From assembly GCA_038882655.1 (NCBI GenBank), contig JAVZNT010000001.1, positions 32,001 through 96,000 on the forward strand: DNA of 64,000 bases, written 5' to 3'. The stretch's first letter is position 1. Each line of letters begins with the position of its first letter. The position numbers and the translations under genes are program-made. Origin of the DNA: Candidatus Bathyarchaeia archaeon. Lineage in GTDB: Archaea; Thermoproteota; Bathyarchaeia; Bathyarchaeales; Bathycorpusculaceae. Positions 10,020 through 20,159 of this stretch are shown here, one piece after another. The notes below the pieces were generated by a model, which searched no databases, was not told where the DNA came from, and saw only the letters and a program-made list of their open reading frames with translations.

Positions 10020-11105
10020 ATGAAAGTTTTAATGGTTTCAGGCGGCAGAGGCGGCGTATATAGGTTCACATATGAAATAGTCAGCAGACTTTCTAAGAAA
10101 GGCTACAACTTTTTCGTGATCTTTCTCACCGGGAATGAAGATTTGATGGATCCTCCGCTTAAAAAGGTGCCGTTCACGTTTATTAACAACCCAAAACACT
10201 GGTGGGACACCCTAAAGTTTTTTAGGATAAGGGAGTTTGACATAATTCACTCAAACTTTGCAGCACCAATACCCTTCCTTTCAATCGCGAAAAAGCCGAT
10301 AATTTTCACGTGCCACGGATTGCCTCTACCGTGGCTGGCAGAAGGTTTCAATGAAAAGTTTCTTTACACCATTGAAAAATTGGCATTTTACATAGTCGAC
10401 AAAAAAGCAACGAAAATAGTGTCCGTCTCAAAAACCCTCCAAAAACAAATCGTAGCGACCTACAATATTCACTCGCAAGTAATATATCATGGAATAGAAC
10501 CTACAATATACCAAGGCGCAAAGGAAGATAAAGTTGAATGCAAGAGGCTTCTTGGGGCGAACCCTGAAGAAAAAATTATACTTTTTGTCGGTACACTCCA
10601 CCCCTTTAAGGACCCGTTGACGCTTATAAAATCTTTTAGCATAATAGCAAAGAAACAAAATAAAATTAGGCTAATTTTAGTCGGTGAAGGAAAATTACGC
10701 CCCAAAATACTTGAACTCGCTAAAAACTTCAAAGTTTTAGATAAAATCAGCATCCACAGCCGACTAAAATTTGATGAGCTTGTTCTTTTTTATCGTGCTG
10801 CTGACGTCTTTGTTCTTCCATCAATAAGTGAAGGTTTGGGCATTGTGACCTTAGAGGCCATGGCGTCTGGCACTCCATGCATTGTATCCAACGGTGGGGC
10901 ATGTCCGGAAATAGTGCAAGACTGTGGGCTCATTTTTAAGCAAGGAGATTATCGCGACCTAGCTGAAAAAATCCTTCAAGTTTTGGAGGACGACAACTTG
11001 GCACAAACATTAGCCTTAAAAGGATACGAAAGGGTTAAAAAAGTTTTTTCATGGGAAAAGGCGGTTGCCCAATACGAAAAGCTCTACTCTTGTCTTATAA
11101 AGTGA
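10020..11105 (+). CDS. GT4 glycosyltransferase
   Basis: ADVFVLPSISEGLGIVTLEAMASG. Confidence 0.93.
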   Translation: MKVLMVSGGRGGVYRFTYEIVSRLSKKGYNFFVIFLTGNEDLMDPPLKKVPFTFINNPKHWWDTLKFFRIREFDIIHSNFAAPIPFLSIAKKPIIFTCHGLPLPWLAEGFNEKFLYTIEKLAFYIVDKKATKIVSVSKTLQKQIVATYNIHSQVIYHGIEPTIYQGAKEDKVECKRLLGANPEEKIILFVGTLHPFKDPLTLIKSFSIIAKKQNKIRLILVGEGKLRPKILELAKNFKVLDKISIHSRLKFDELVLFYRAADVFVLPSISEGLGIVTLEAMASGTPCIVSNGGACPEIVQDCGLIFKQGDYRDLAEKILQVLEDDNLAQTLALKGYERVKKVFSWEKAVAQYEKLYSCLIK

Positions 11106-11106
11106 G

Positions 11107-13005
11107 CTACGATACCTTGTAAACTTCTAAAATATCCAAACGTGCACGCAAATACTTGTCACCACTAGTAATTCTACTTAACTCCCTACTTAACAAAGCA
11201 ACCTTTAACAAATGCTCTCCTTCATCCAAAACGCTATTAAGCACAATTACTTTCTCCGGATTTCCAGTGCCATTAAATATTTGTGACTGATTCTCGTCAA
11301 CCTGAACTTTAAGAGATGTTGTTTCATTTGCCCAATAACTTAGATATACAACATAATTTCCCTTTTCTTTAATAGCAAATAGTACCTCTATGGCTGGCGT
11401 TTGGGCTATATTCCCTGTCATCCAGCATTCAAGCACTAGTGGATAATCTCCCCAGCTTTTATTAGATGGATACCAGTTGCCATATACAACCCTTGAATGC
11501 TGGAAAATTGGAATGATCAGTTTTCCCTCAGTTTCACGCAGCTTTGTCACGTTAACGATGTAGAGGTTATCTTCTCCTAACGGTTCCATAAATGCCTCAA
11601 AATCTCTCGGGATGGCTACAAGATCGGTGAACTCCAATCCATAGACGACCACAGCATCATCATGCGATTGGAAGTTTGCGCAGATTTCTTGGAATAACAT
11701 GTTTGAAGTTTGCCTGCTAGACCAGTAAAAGAAAGGCGTCGGCATCCAATCCCGAAGATAGTAAACACTGCCAACATATGTGTAAACGTTCCCAATAACA
11801 GCCCTACCCCAGTTATAAATACGTTGTCCAGCTTCGCCGGCATAACGGTCTGAATAGTCAGCAACTATTATTATTGGCTGGTTGTGAAACTTTTGCTTTA
11901 AAAATAGCATTTTCTCGTAGGTTTCTGGACGGATAGATATGTTATAGAAATTCATAAACAAGAGAGTTGATAAATTGAAGATAATCACGAAAACGGGTAT
12001 ACTAAACCTTAGCTTCACCCTCGAAGATTTTATTTTTTGAATAATTCTATAATTGACTTCTTCAATTTTATGAATTGCAAGAAAAGGCGTTGGAAAGAGG
12101 ATAACTGCTCTCTCAGAAAATATCATAAAGGAAGCTTCAAAATACTGGACTAATCCAAATATCACTGAAATGAAACCCCACACAACAAAAAGCTTTTTTA
12201 AAAAATCTCTTTCACCTCTAAACCGAACTTCACAGATTAACTGATAAATTCCAATCAATCCTGCGGGACCTAAATAAGCAAGCCACTGCCATATTTCCAT
12301 TACACTTCCTTTGAATGATCCACCAGAGTACACCAGTAACTTTCTGATGTGAATGTAATACATCGTAGCGGCAGGCAAAATAGAAATTAACAAGAAAAAT
12401 GTAAGGGCTGTTTTCTCAATTTTTCCCATGCTTTTTTCGGTGGACAATGATAAAACTAAAATGAACGTTAAGAACAATGTGCTTTCGATATGGGTAAAAG
12501 AAGATAAAACAAGCAGAAAAGTTGCGATTCCTAAGTAATGTTTTTTCGCGTTTCTTAAATATAAATGCAAGAAATATATAGTTGGTAGAAGCATATTGAG
12601 CGCTAATAGATTGTTATGAAGATCTGAAGCTATCCTAAATGCGCCGAACCATGAAAGGATTGTGGCTGTGTAAATTTTCCAATCTCCATTAGGGTACATT
12701 TTTGTCAAGAGAAAATAGGCTTCGATTAAAAGTATGAATAATAGGACTGGAGGAAGAAGTTTCTCCACAATAAAAGCATTCACACCTAGCCTTACAAATA
12801 AACTTCCAAAAGCTATGTAAACGAAGTTGTTAAAGTCCAATTTTGCAATGAAACTCAAATCTTCGGCAATAGTCCTTATTTGCCAGATGTATCTTGGAGT
12901 ATCCCAACCCACTGGCACAAGAAGCATACTAGCAGGATAAAAAATATAAAAAAACATAAACACAAATGCTGTGATAAAGGTAAAAACGAGCATCGCCTTT
13001 TTCAT
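11107..13005 (-). CDS. Polytopic membrane protein, probable GT-C glycosyltransferase with C-terminal beta (CBM-like) domain
   Basis: About 11 TM helices, PVGWDTPRY in first external loop, soluble C-terminal domain; located among GT genes. Confidence 0.6.
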   Translation of the reverse strand: MKKAMLVFTFITAFVFMFFYIFYPASMLLVPVGWDTPRYIWQIRTIAEDLSFIAKLDFNNFVYIAFGSLFVRLGVNAFIVEKLLPPVLLFILLIEAYFLLTKMYPNGDWKIYTATILSWFGAFRIASDLHNNLLALNMLLPTIYFLHLYLRNAKKHYLGIATFLLVLSSFTHIESTLFLTFILVLSLSTEKSMGKIEKTALTFFLLISILPAATMYYIHIRKLLVYSGGSFKGSVMEIWQWLAYLGPAGLIGIYQLICEVRFRGERDFLKKLFVVWGFISVIFGLVQYFEASFMIFSERAVILFPTPFLAIHKIEEVNYRIIQKIKSSRVKLRFSIPVFVIIFNLSTLLFMNFYNISIRPETYEKMLFLKQKFHNQPIIIVADYSDRYAGEAGQRIYNWGRAVIGNVYTYVGSVYYLRDWMPTPFFYWSSRQTSNMLFQEICANFQSHDDAVVVYGLEFTDLVAIPRDFEAFMEPLGEDNLYIVNVTKLRETEGKLIIPIFQHSRVVYGNWYPSNKSWGDYPLVLECWMTGNIAQTPAIEVLFAIKEKGNYVVYLSYWANETTSLKVQVDENQSQIFNGTGNPEKVIVLNSVLDEGEHLLKVALLSRELSRITSGDKYLRARLDILEVYKVS

Positions 13006-13958
13006 TTTGTCTTCCAGCTTATAACACCTCTGAGCATTCCTAATGTGTAGCTAAAGTACATAGAAATCATTATGAATGGGGTGAAAAGGAAGTGTTCAAT
13101 TTTCTTAAACTTGTAATACGCATAAATCGAACAGAGAAGTGCGAATGCCACAAAGGATGCGACAATGAAAAGAAGCAACAGAGGTTCAAGAATGATTATT
13201 GGGACAATTATTAGCATTAATAGGAAAGCAATCAAGGGCGAAAGATTTGTTTTGCCAATATGTGGGTACTCCTTCATTGCGCGTCCTCGTCCCTTGCCGT
13301 AATTGTAAAAATGTCGCATGAAACTACGCCAATCCCATATCTTCCACATGTGTTCCACCTCAACTTTGGGATCGTAAACTATTTTGTATCCGAGGCTTCT
13401 AATTCTTGAGCAGACTTCAACATCCTCGCAATAGTTGGTATCCTTAAAACCTCCAACTTTTTTAAGGGCTTCTTTCTTAAAAAAGGCATTACATGTTGGC
13501 ACATAAGAAACTTCGCGCTTGTTTGGAAAATTAGAGAACGTAACCGACCACCCATTAATGAGAGGAATGGAAATGATGCTCAAAGAAATTTGAGAAAATT
13601 CTGGAAGAGCCCTATGAGGTTTTACGGTTCCTCCAACAACTCCTATTTTTTCATTTTCGCATGCCTTAACTCCGCTTATCAGCCACTTGTTATCGACAAC
13701 GCAATCATCGTCTACAAATGCAACAACCTCTCCAGAGGAGTTTTCCACCCCAATGTTTCTTGCTGCCCCTCTAGACGTGTTTGGCTGTTCAATAACCTTT
13801 ATTGGGACATCAGTTGTCGGAAACGTTTGTAATAAATTTTTATGACAAACAAGGACAATCTCGTAGTCTTCAAAATCTTGATTAATAAGCGATGTTAAAG
13901 TCTCATTTATTCGCGAATTCAATTCTTTTGTTATTATTACAACTGAAATTTTGGGCAT
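13002..13958 (-). CDS. GT2 glycosyltransferase with C-terminal TM helices
   Basis: ISVVII, AARNIG, FVDDDC, CEDVE. Confidence 0.92.
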   Translation of the reverse strand: MPKISVVIITKELNSRINETLTSLINQDFEDYEIVLVCHKNLLQTFPTTDVPIKVIEQPNTSRGAARNIGVENSSGEVVAFVDDDCVVDNKWLISGVKACENEKIGVVGGTVKPHRALPEFSQISLSIISIPLINGWSVTFSNFPNKREVSYVPTCNAFFKKEALKKVGGFKDTNYCEDVEVCSRIRSLGYKIVYDPKVEVEHMWKIWDWRSFMRHFYNYGKGRGRAMKEYPHIGKTNLSPLIAFLLMLIIVPIIILEPLLLLFIVASFVAFALLCSIYAYYKFKKIEHFLFTPFIMISMYFSYTLGMLRGVISWKTK

Positions 13959-14031
13959 AGCGCATTCCTTGCATCGCTGTGCAAAATTGTCATGACAAGC
14001 AACTCGGGTATGGGAAATTAGCTGGATGATT

Positions 14032-14826
14032 TCAGCACATGATTGTTCGTCTAAGGTCTAGGAACATTGGTGCTCGGCTGTTTTCCATAAAAGTTATTGG
14101 CATATAGAATGTTGGCCGCCATATAGGAGTTGATCCAACAAAGTACCATCTTAGGGTAAATAGATGTAGTGTGTTTTTCATCCCGTCTACTAACGCGTTG
14201 AGTTTTTGCTTTCCTACCCTCCTTCTATAAGGTACTGGTATCTCTGCAGACTTAAAGAATCTGAAGGCAAAAACTTTTATTTCCTCTGAAAATGCCATAC
14301 CATCAGCTAGAAAATCTATTTTATCCAGTATGCTTTTTCGGAAAACCCACATTCCTGATTGTGAATCGTTAATGTTTACTCTGAAAAGAAGTTTTGTAGT
14401 ATAGGTTAGTATCTTGTTTCCAATGAGGTGGAGCCATGGGAAGCTTTTATGTGTAAACTTTTTCATTCTATTTGTTGAGATGAAATCCAGCCTGTATGTG
14501 TCTAACATTTTAACTAGTTTTGGAATTAGAAAGGCGGGATATGAGTAATCTCCGTCTAGTGTTACTATTATATCTCCGCTTGCATGTGAAAAACCGGTTT
14601 TGTAGGCTCTTCCATATCCTCTTCGCGGTTCAACAATAACTTTTGCCCCATTTTTGCAAGCTATTTCCCTTGTACGGTCGGTAGACCCGCCATCTACTAC
14701 TATGATTTCACATTTGTAGCCTATTTTTTCAAGTTCTTTTTTAGGGAGTTCATTCAATACCTTTTGTAACCCTTCTTCTTCGTTTAGAACTGGAATAACT
14801 ATGCTCACTAACTTTGGGATGCTCAA
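14032..14826 (-). CDS. GT2, DPM1-like polyprenol-phosphate glycosyltransferase
   Basis: IPVLNEE, VDGGSTD, GYGRAY, TLDGDYSY, DSQSG. Confidence 0.9.
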   Translation of the reverse strand: MSIPKLVSIVIPVLNEEEGLQKVLNELPKKELEKIGYKCEIIVVDGGSTDRTREIACKNGAKVIVEPRRGYGRAYKTGFSHASGDIIVTLDGDYSYPAFLIPKLVKMLDTYRLDFISTNRMKKFTHKSFPWLHLIGNKILTYTTKLLFRVNINDSQSGMWVFRKSILDKIDFLADGMAFSEEIKVFAFRFFKSAEIPVPYRRRVGKQKLNALVDGMKNTLHLFTLRWYFVGSTPIWRPTFYMPITFMENSRAPMFLDLRRTIMC

Positions 14827-14934
14827 CGCTTAACCTTACCTTGCTCATATTTTTTAAGGCGTTAACATTTAAGTTTATCGCACTAGTTACGAATCATGGC
14901 TTATAAAAGTAACTGTTTGTCCGCCTTATTTCTC

Positions 14935-15957
14935 TTATTTCCTTTTGTAATATGTTAGGGGATGGCTTACTTTTCTACATATTTCATCTGGCTCTATGCA
15001 TAGTCCATGCGTTTTGAGCGTGTCACAATTTGGAGGCTTGTATCGTGTTCTTGAACCCCGTTCACCAGCGATGTGTTCCACTTGGTAGCGGGTCATGCGT
15101 TCGTTGAAGTCTGAGGAGGTTCTAAATAGTTCAATTATGTTTTCGGTGGGCATTCTTATGTTCACAAGAAAGGATGTTAAAGTGAATCTTCCTATGTGGG
15201 ATATGTGGCGTCCCTTAGAAGCAGCGTCATAGAGGGCTTTTATGCATGGTGGAAAGGCATCTTTTTTAAGGGTTCTCGGGATGCCCTCTATTTCCGCTTT
15301 GCTGACTTTTTCAAGTGTTAAGCTCTTGATTCTCTCAACTATTTCTGTTATTTTTTGGGGAAATTCCGGCAGATCCTTTATTTCTATGCGTTTTTCTATG
15401 TGTTTTCTGATTTCTTCACTGAGTAGTCTTGCAGTTTCGTTTAGTGTTAGGTAAACGTTTCCGTCTTTTAGTAGGCGGTTTACTAGTTTCCATTTTTTCT
15501 CCCGGAGGTTCGATGTGTTTTTGAGGTAGTCAGTAAAATGAAGCTTAAATTGGTATGGGGTTTCTGTTTCCGGGTTTGTTGCGATTTTCCATTGGAAGCT
15601 GCTTGCTATTGCCAAAATTTTTTCTGGCGGCTCGTTTTTCATGGTGTTGTAGGCTTGTTTTGCCTCTGCTAGGGCGTATCTTCTCTTTATGAAGGAGGTT
15701 TGAGTGGCTGCTGCTAGCATTGTTGCTGTTGGGAATGATAGGATTTCTATTTCCTCGTTTTTGGTTTTTCTTGTTACTATTGCATATAATATTGCTTCTT
15801 CCACTCTTTCTTTGGCGCGTTCTAGAATTTGGACGAATTCTGGACTTGCTAGGTCTTCAATTTTTAGGTCTAGGGTTTTTACGTATTCTGCTGCTTCTTT
15901 TAGGAAGGGGTATTTGGCTAGGTCGTTTTTTGTGAATTTAACGGTTGTAACTTGCAT
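14935..15957 (-). CDS. priL: DNA primase large subunit
   Basis: LAKYPFL, FPPCI, HIGRF, YQVEHIAG, Fe-S cysteines in PPNCDTLKTHGLC...IC. Confidence 0.95.
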   Translation of the reverse strand: MQVTTVKFTKNDLAKYPFLKEAAEYVKTLDLKIEDLASPEFVQILERAKERVEEAILYAIVTRKTKNEEIEILSFPTATMLAAATQTSFIKRRYALAEAKQAYNTMKNEPPEKILAIASSFQWKIATNPETETPYQFKLHFTDYLKNTSNLREKKWKLVNRLLKDGNVYLTLNETARLLSEEIRKHIEKRIEIKDLPEFPQKITEIVERIKSLTLEKVSKAEIEGIPRTLKKDAFPPCIKALYDAASKGRHISHIGRFTLTSFLVNIRMPTENIIELFRTSSDFNERMTRYQVEHIAGERGSRTRYKPPNCDTLKTHGLCIEPDEICRKVSHPLTYYKRK

Positions 15958-15967
15958 TTTTTCACTG

Positions 15968-16732
15968 TTAGGTTGTTTCTATTCTTGGTGCTAGGTAGAA
16001 GGTTAGTTTTCCTTCTTTTGCTTGTTGGAAGTCTATTTTTATTGGCATGTCTGTTGAGAATTCGAGGGTGGCTATGTCTGATGTGGCTGACGCCGCCTTA
16101 ATTATTTCTGAGAGGTAGCTTAGGCTGAAAGTAGCCTTTGAGGGTTCTTTTGCCTCTAGGTTTAGTAGTGCGTCGCTTCCCCTTTTCAGTTCTATTGTGG
16201 CGCCCATTAGGTCGCCTGTGGCTTGGAAAACTAGCTTTTCGTTGTCTGCCTCTATTCGGACATGGTCGCTTACGAGTTCGGCGTCTTCCACTGCTTGGCG
16301 TAAGCCGTCTGTTGTGGCTTTTGCTCTTACGTTAAATGTTATTTTTGGTGTCGGTACCTCTTCCTCTGATGCTTCGAGGGTTGGCATTGTAAAGTTTCGC
16401 GTATACTTTCCAGTTATCTTCAACTGTAGACGTCCAGTTTTTTCATCTAGAGCCAGCTCAATAACCTCGTCCTTCCCGGCTCTTTTCAGAAGTTTTAACA
16501 GTTCGCCTATGTTTATGCACATTTTTGTTGGTTCAGTGCAGACGTACTCCTCGAAAACTGTTTTCGGCCATTCGAAGTCCACCATGGCGACGCGGGATGG
16601 GTCCATCGCCCTAAGCGTTAGGGCTTCAGGCGTTATCTGGAAAGTAGCTTCGTCAACGAGGATGGATATAGCTGTCGCCATGTCCCTCAGAAGCTTAGCG
16701 TCTGAAACTTTAAGCTTAAACACTTGCTTCAC
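15968..16732 (-). CDS. pcn: PCNA sliding clamp
   Basis: LRAMDPSRVAMV, FSLSYL, FYLAPRIE. Confidence 0.97.
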   Translation of the reverse strand: MKQVFKLKVSDAKLLRDMATAISILVDEATFQITPEALTLRAMDPSRVAMVDFEWPKTVFEEYVCTEPTKMCINIGELLKLLKRAGKDEVIELALDEKTGRLQLKITGKYTRNFTMPTLEASEEEVPTPKITFNVRAKATTDGLRQAVEDAELVSDHVRIEADNEKLVFQATGDLMGATIELKRGSDALLNLEAKEPSKATFSLSYLSEIIKAASATSDIATLEFSTDMPIKIDFQQAKEGKLTFYLAPRIETT

Positions 16733-16805
16733 CTTTTAACTTGGATATGGCTTGAGAGCTATAAAAGATTTGATGTTGCCTTTTGTTTAAGTGTAATAGA
16801 GAGCA

Positions 16806-16988
16806 CTATGTTTCTGCTCTCCAGACTAAAATCACGTTGTCGTTTCCGGAAGGCGGTGGAATGGCGCATGTAACAATTAAGTGTGTGACGTTTGCGGTCA
16901 CATACTTGTTGCCCATAGCATCCGCAGATGCAGCTTCAACGCTCCAGCTTTTTGGGGCTCCAGCCAAGCCGTGTGAAAGCACTTTCAC
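16806..16988 (-). pseudogene. Probable gene remnant: C-terminal beta domain of a surface/virion-type protein
   Basis: SHGLAGAP...PPPSGNDNVILVWRAE pattern; no clear SD; 5' end lies inside an inverted repeat. Confidence 0.35.
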
Positions 16989-17061
16989 GGCTTGGACCTT
17001 ATCATTTACAGCAAATTTTTATTCGAAGAAAATCTGAGGTGCTTGACTTTTTAATTCTTTC

Positions 17062-17271
17062 TTAGTCTTCTATAAGTGTGAAGAACGTCTTAATTAAAGC
17101 GATAATCATTAGAATAGCTCCAATAAAAATAAATATGTAGCCAATCTGCCAATATGGGTGCTCAATATAACCTCTAATACTTCTTTCTTGAAAGAGAAGG
17201 ATGATGCCAGTTAAAATAATTGCTAAGCCCCAAGAAGCAATCAATAACCATACAACTACCTTCAATTTCAA
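17062..17271 (-). CDS. Small two-TM membrane protein
   Basis: Two hydrophobic helices; GAGGTGA SD upstream of TTG. Confidence 0.6.
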   Translation of the reverse strand: MKLKVVVWLLIASWGLAIILTGIILLFQERSIRGYIEHPYWQIGYIFIFIGAILMIIALIKTFFTLIED

Positions 17272-17405
17272 ATATGATCACCTCAAATAACAAGTTGTTT
17301 TAAAAGTATTATGTTAACGATTTTAAAACTTTTTATTTTAAAACTGGCCAGTTTATTATGAAAGAAATTCTAATGGGTTAATAGTGCATCTTCTTTGAAA
17401 TATTT

Positions 17406-17759
17406 TTATGAGTATTCTCTGAATGTGTAGCCGCATTTTGTACAGCGCAAGAACTGAGTTGAGGATTCGTCTGCCCCTCGTGTTTGCACCTGCCAAACGT
17501 AAGCCGTGTTGTTTCCGCATTTTGGGCACTCGATTCTGACTGTTGGGAGGGTTCTGAGTTTTTGTTCTTCCTTGCCTATCACTGCAACTTGTTGTTGTGG
17601 ATTATGCTGAATAATTTTTGCAACTTTTGGTGCGGCTTTTTCGCTTACTATGCGCTTCTTGTAGCCGCATTTTGAACAAGTAAGCGTTAAGGATTCCTTT
17701 TTCTCAGATTTCGCCTTCTTTGGCACGAGGCGCGTTCCACATTTTGGGCAAAATTCCAT
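17406..17759 (-). CDS. tfs: Transcription factor S (TFS)
   Basis: MEFCPKCG N-terminal ribbon; C-terminal CPKCG...QTRGADESST..RCTKC with acidic DE hairpin intact. Confidence 0.95.
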   Translation of the reverse strand: MEFCPKCGTRLVPKKAKSEKKESLTLTCSKCGYKKRIVSEKAAPKVAKIIQHNPQQQVAVIGKEEQKLRTLPTVRIECPKCGNNTAYVWQVQTRGADESSTQFLRCTKCGYTFREYS

Positions 17760-17839
17760 TGTTTTAAACTCCGATTTCCGTTTGTTTTCCCATGCTTCGG
17801 TGTCTTTTAAACTTTTTCTTTTAACAATTAGGATTGGTG

Positions 17840-18430
17840 CTAAATTGTGCTAAGCCCAGATGCAATTAAATGTGCAACTCGAAGTGCCTCAGGCATGTAG
17901 CTCCGCGTCGATGTCAACTGCAGAATCCTTCTAGCATCCTCCTCGGAAATTCCAGACATCTGCATGTAAATCTTGCTTTTTCCGCCGTTTAGGAGCACCT
18001 CGTAAAGTTCTCCGGCGTTAAGTATGGCTTTCCAGCGCTCTTCACTTTTTGGAAGCTTTTTTAGGGCTTCATGGATTTGGTAAAAGTTTGGTTTATTCCG
18101 TGTTACGGCTATCACCGGAAGCCCTGTGGCCACATTAAGTTTTTTTATGTCCACCACATTGAAGCCCGCAATAGTTACGCCGTTAAGCATTACGACCCTT
18201 AACTGTTTATGGTGGGGAGACTTCTGTATCATGGACGCGATTTTTCTTGTGGCTTCAAATCCGTCAACCCTAACCATTGTGTGCATAACCCCGTCAAGCC
18301 AATATCCGCCTCGGAAAACAACGCCAACAACGGGCACTAAACCTTTCGTATGAAGTTTAAATACTCCATCGTCAATCCCTAAAACGCGGATTTCCGGCTT
18401 TATTACACGAAACTTTTGTGTAACTGGCAA
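17840..18430 (-). CDS. DUF99 endonuclease V-like protein
   Basis: RVLGIDDG, GFNVVDI, PEALRVAHLIASG; conserved neighbour of tfs. Confidence 0.9.
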   Translation of the reverse strand: MPVTQKFRVIKPEIRVLGIDDGVFKLHTKGLVPVVGVVFRGGYWLDGVMHTMVRVDGFEATRKIASMIQKSPHHKQLRVVMLNGVTIAGFNVVDIKKLNVATGLPVIAVTRNKPNFYQIHEALKKLPKSEERWKAILNAGELYEVLLNGGKSKIYMQMSGISEEDARRILQLTSTRSYMPEALRVAHLIASGLSTI

Positions 18431-18570
18431 AATTTTCCCTCAGTTGTCCAGCAGAAATAGAGGCTGCTACCATTATAAGTTTAGCGAAAAAGTTTGAGGT
18501 GAAATAGCGTAATATAAGGAAACTTAAAAATTCTTGGAAGTGCAAATTAAAACGTTAAGGCTGACATGTC

Positions 18571-18768
18571 ATGGCTAAAACAGAAACCATAGGCGCATTT
18601 TTGATAGCCATTGGGCTTCTGCTAATTATTCACCATATCATTTTCTGGCAGAGACCTTTTGACTTGGCTGACATGCTGCACCACGAGTTTTTCGAGGCAG
18701 TATTTTTCACGGCTGGGGTAACCCTCCTAATAGTGGCATGGTCAAATCGGCGGAGAGGATGCCGGTAA
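18571..18768 (+). CDS. Small two-TM protein with His pairs
   Basis: IIHH and LHHE motifs; stop overlaps next start (TAATG). Confidence 0.6.
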   Translation: MAKTETIGAFLIAIGLLLIIHHIIFWQRPFDLADMLHHEFFEAVFFTAGVTLLIVAWSNRRRGCR

Positions 18769-20120
18769 TGAACCTTCTAATCTACGGCGGAACAGTAGTC
18801 ACAATGCGTGGAGACGAAATAATTCGTGATGGCGCCATAGCAATAGAAGGCAAAACCATAATTGATGTTGGAAAAGCCGGGCAGATGTTGAGGAAATACG
18901 CAAGCGGCTATGAGAAGATAAACGCAAAAGGAAAGGTTGTGATTCCAGGGCTAATAAACACTCATCAACACGCAGCCATGAGCCTACTGCGGGGTTATGC
19001 TGACGACTTACCCTTGCAAGAGTGGCTTGAAAAATGGATATGGCCCATAGAAGGGTTGATAACGGCTGAAGACATTTTTGTGGGTAGCTTGCTGACAGCC
19101 GTCGAATCCATAATGGGTGGTACAACAACCGTTAACACAATGTACCACTACATGCCCGGAGAAAACGAGGCGAAAGCTTTTGCGGAAGCCGGCATTAGAG
19201 GTGTTGTTGGTCACGTTTGCTTTTCATGGAGAAAAGATGAAGATAGGAGGGCGTTGAGGGATTTAGCCAGAAATTGGCATAATAAGGCTGACGGGCTTAT
19301 TCGCGTCAGCGTTGATCCCCACGCGCCTTATACTATTGACCCAGAATACATGAGAGAACTGAAGGTTTTACGCAAAGAACTCAATAGAAGGTATGGTTCA
19401 GAAAGGGCGCCTATCATATGGCACATTCATGTAGCCGAAACATTTGATGAAGCTGATAAGATACGGAAAGCCTTCAACGTTGATGTTAAAGACGGTGTGG
19501 TGGAGTATTTGGACTCTTTAGGCGTTTTAGACGAGCACGTTATTGCAGCACACTGTGTGGCACTGACAGATAAGGACATTGCAGCAATGAAAGCCAGAGA
19601 TGTCAAAGTTTCCCACAACCCAGTTTCGAATCTTAAGCTTGCCTCCGGCATAAGTCCTGTTCCAAAAATGTTGGAGCGTGGTATAACAGTTTCCCTCGGC
19701 ACAGATAGTCCCTGCTCCAATAATGCGGCGGACATGTTCGAAGCTATGAAAGTGGCAGCTTTACTCCATAAAGGTGTTAACAGAAATCCGACGGTGATGC
19801 CTGCGCAGCAAGTCCTTAAAATGGCAACTTTAGATGGAGCCAAGGCGCTATCTTGGGAAAATGAGATAGGCTCGATAGAGGTTGGAAAAAAGGCGGATTT
19901 AACCATTATAAACTTTGGAAAGCCGCACCTATCTCCATTATACAGCGAATTTAGCCATCTGGTTTACGCTACAAAATCATCGGATGTCGAAACCGTCATA
20001 ATCAATGGTAAAATAGTGATGGAAAACAGGCGGTTAACGACTTTGAACGTTAAGAAGGTTATGGAAATGGTTGAGAAAGCTAAAAACCGCCTTTTAGAAA
20101 AGCTTCAAGCGCAACGTTAA
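18768..20120 (+). CDS. Amidohydrolase, MtaD/DadD-like nucleoside deaminase
   Basis: PGLINTHQHAAM, HAPY, HVAET, AAHCV, GTDSPCSNN; adjacent to ahcY. Confidence 0.85.
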   Translation: MNLLIYGGTVVTMRGDEIIRDGAIAIEGKTIIDVGKAGQMLRKYASGYEKINAKGKVVIPGLINTHQHAAMSLLRGYADDLPLQEWLEKWIWPIEGLITAEDIFVGSLLTAVESIMGGTTTVNTMYHYMPGENEAKAFAEAGIRGVVGHVCFSWRKDEDRRALRDLARNWHNKADGLIRVSVDPHAPYTIDPEYMRELKVLRKELNRRYGSERAPIIWHIHVAETFDEADKIRKAFNVDVKDGVVEYLDSLGVLDEHVIAAHCVALTDKDIAAMKARDVKVSHNPVSNLKLASGISPVPKMLERGITVSLGTDSPCSNNAADMFEAMKVAALLHKGVNRNPTVMPAQQVLKMATLDGAKALSWENEIGSIEVGKKADLTIINFGKPHLSPLYSEFSHLVYATKSSDVETVIINGKIVMENRRLTTLNVKKVMEMVEKAKNRLLEKLQAQR

Positions 20121-20159
20121 ATAGTCATGCGGAAAAATGCATAGCGAGAAGGCGATTTA

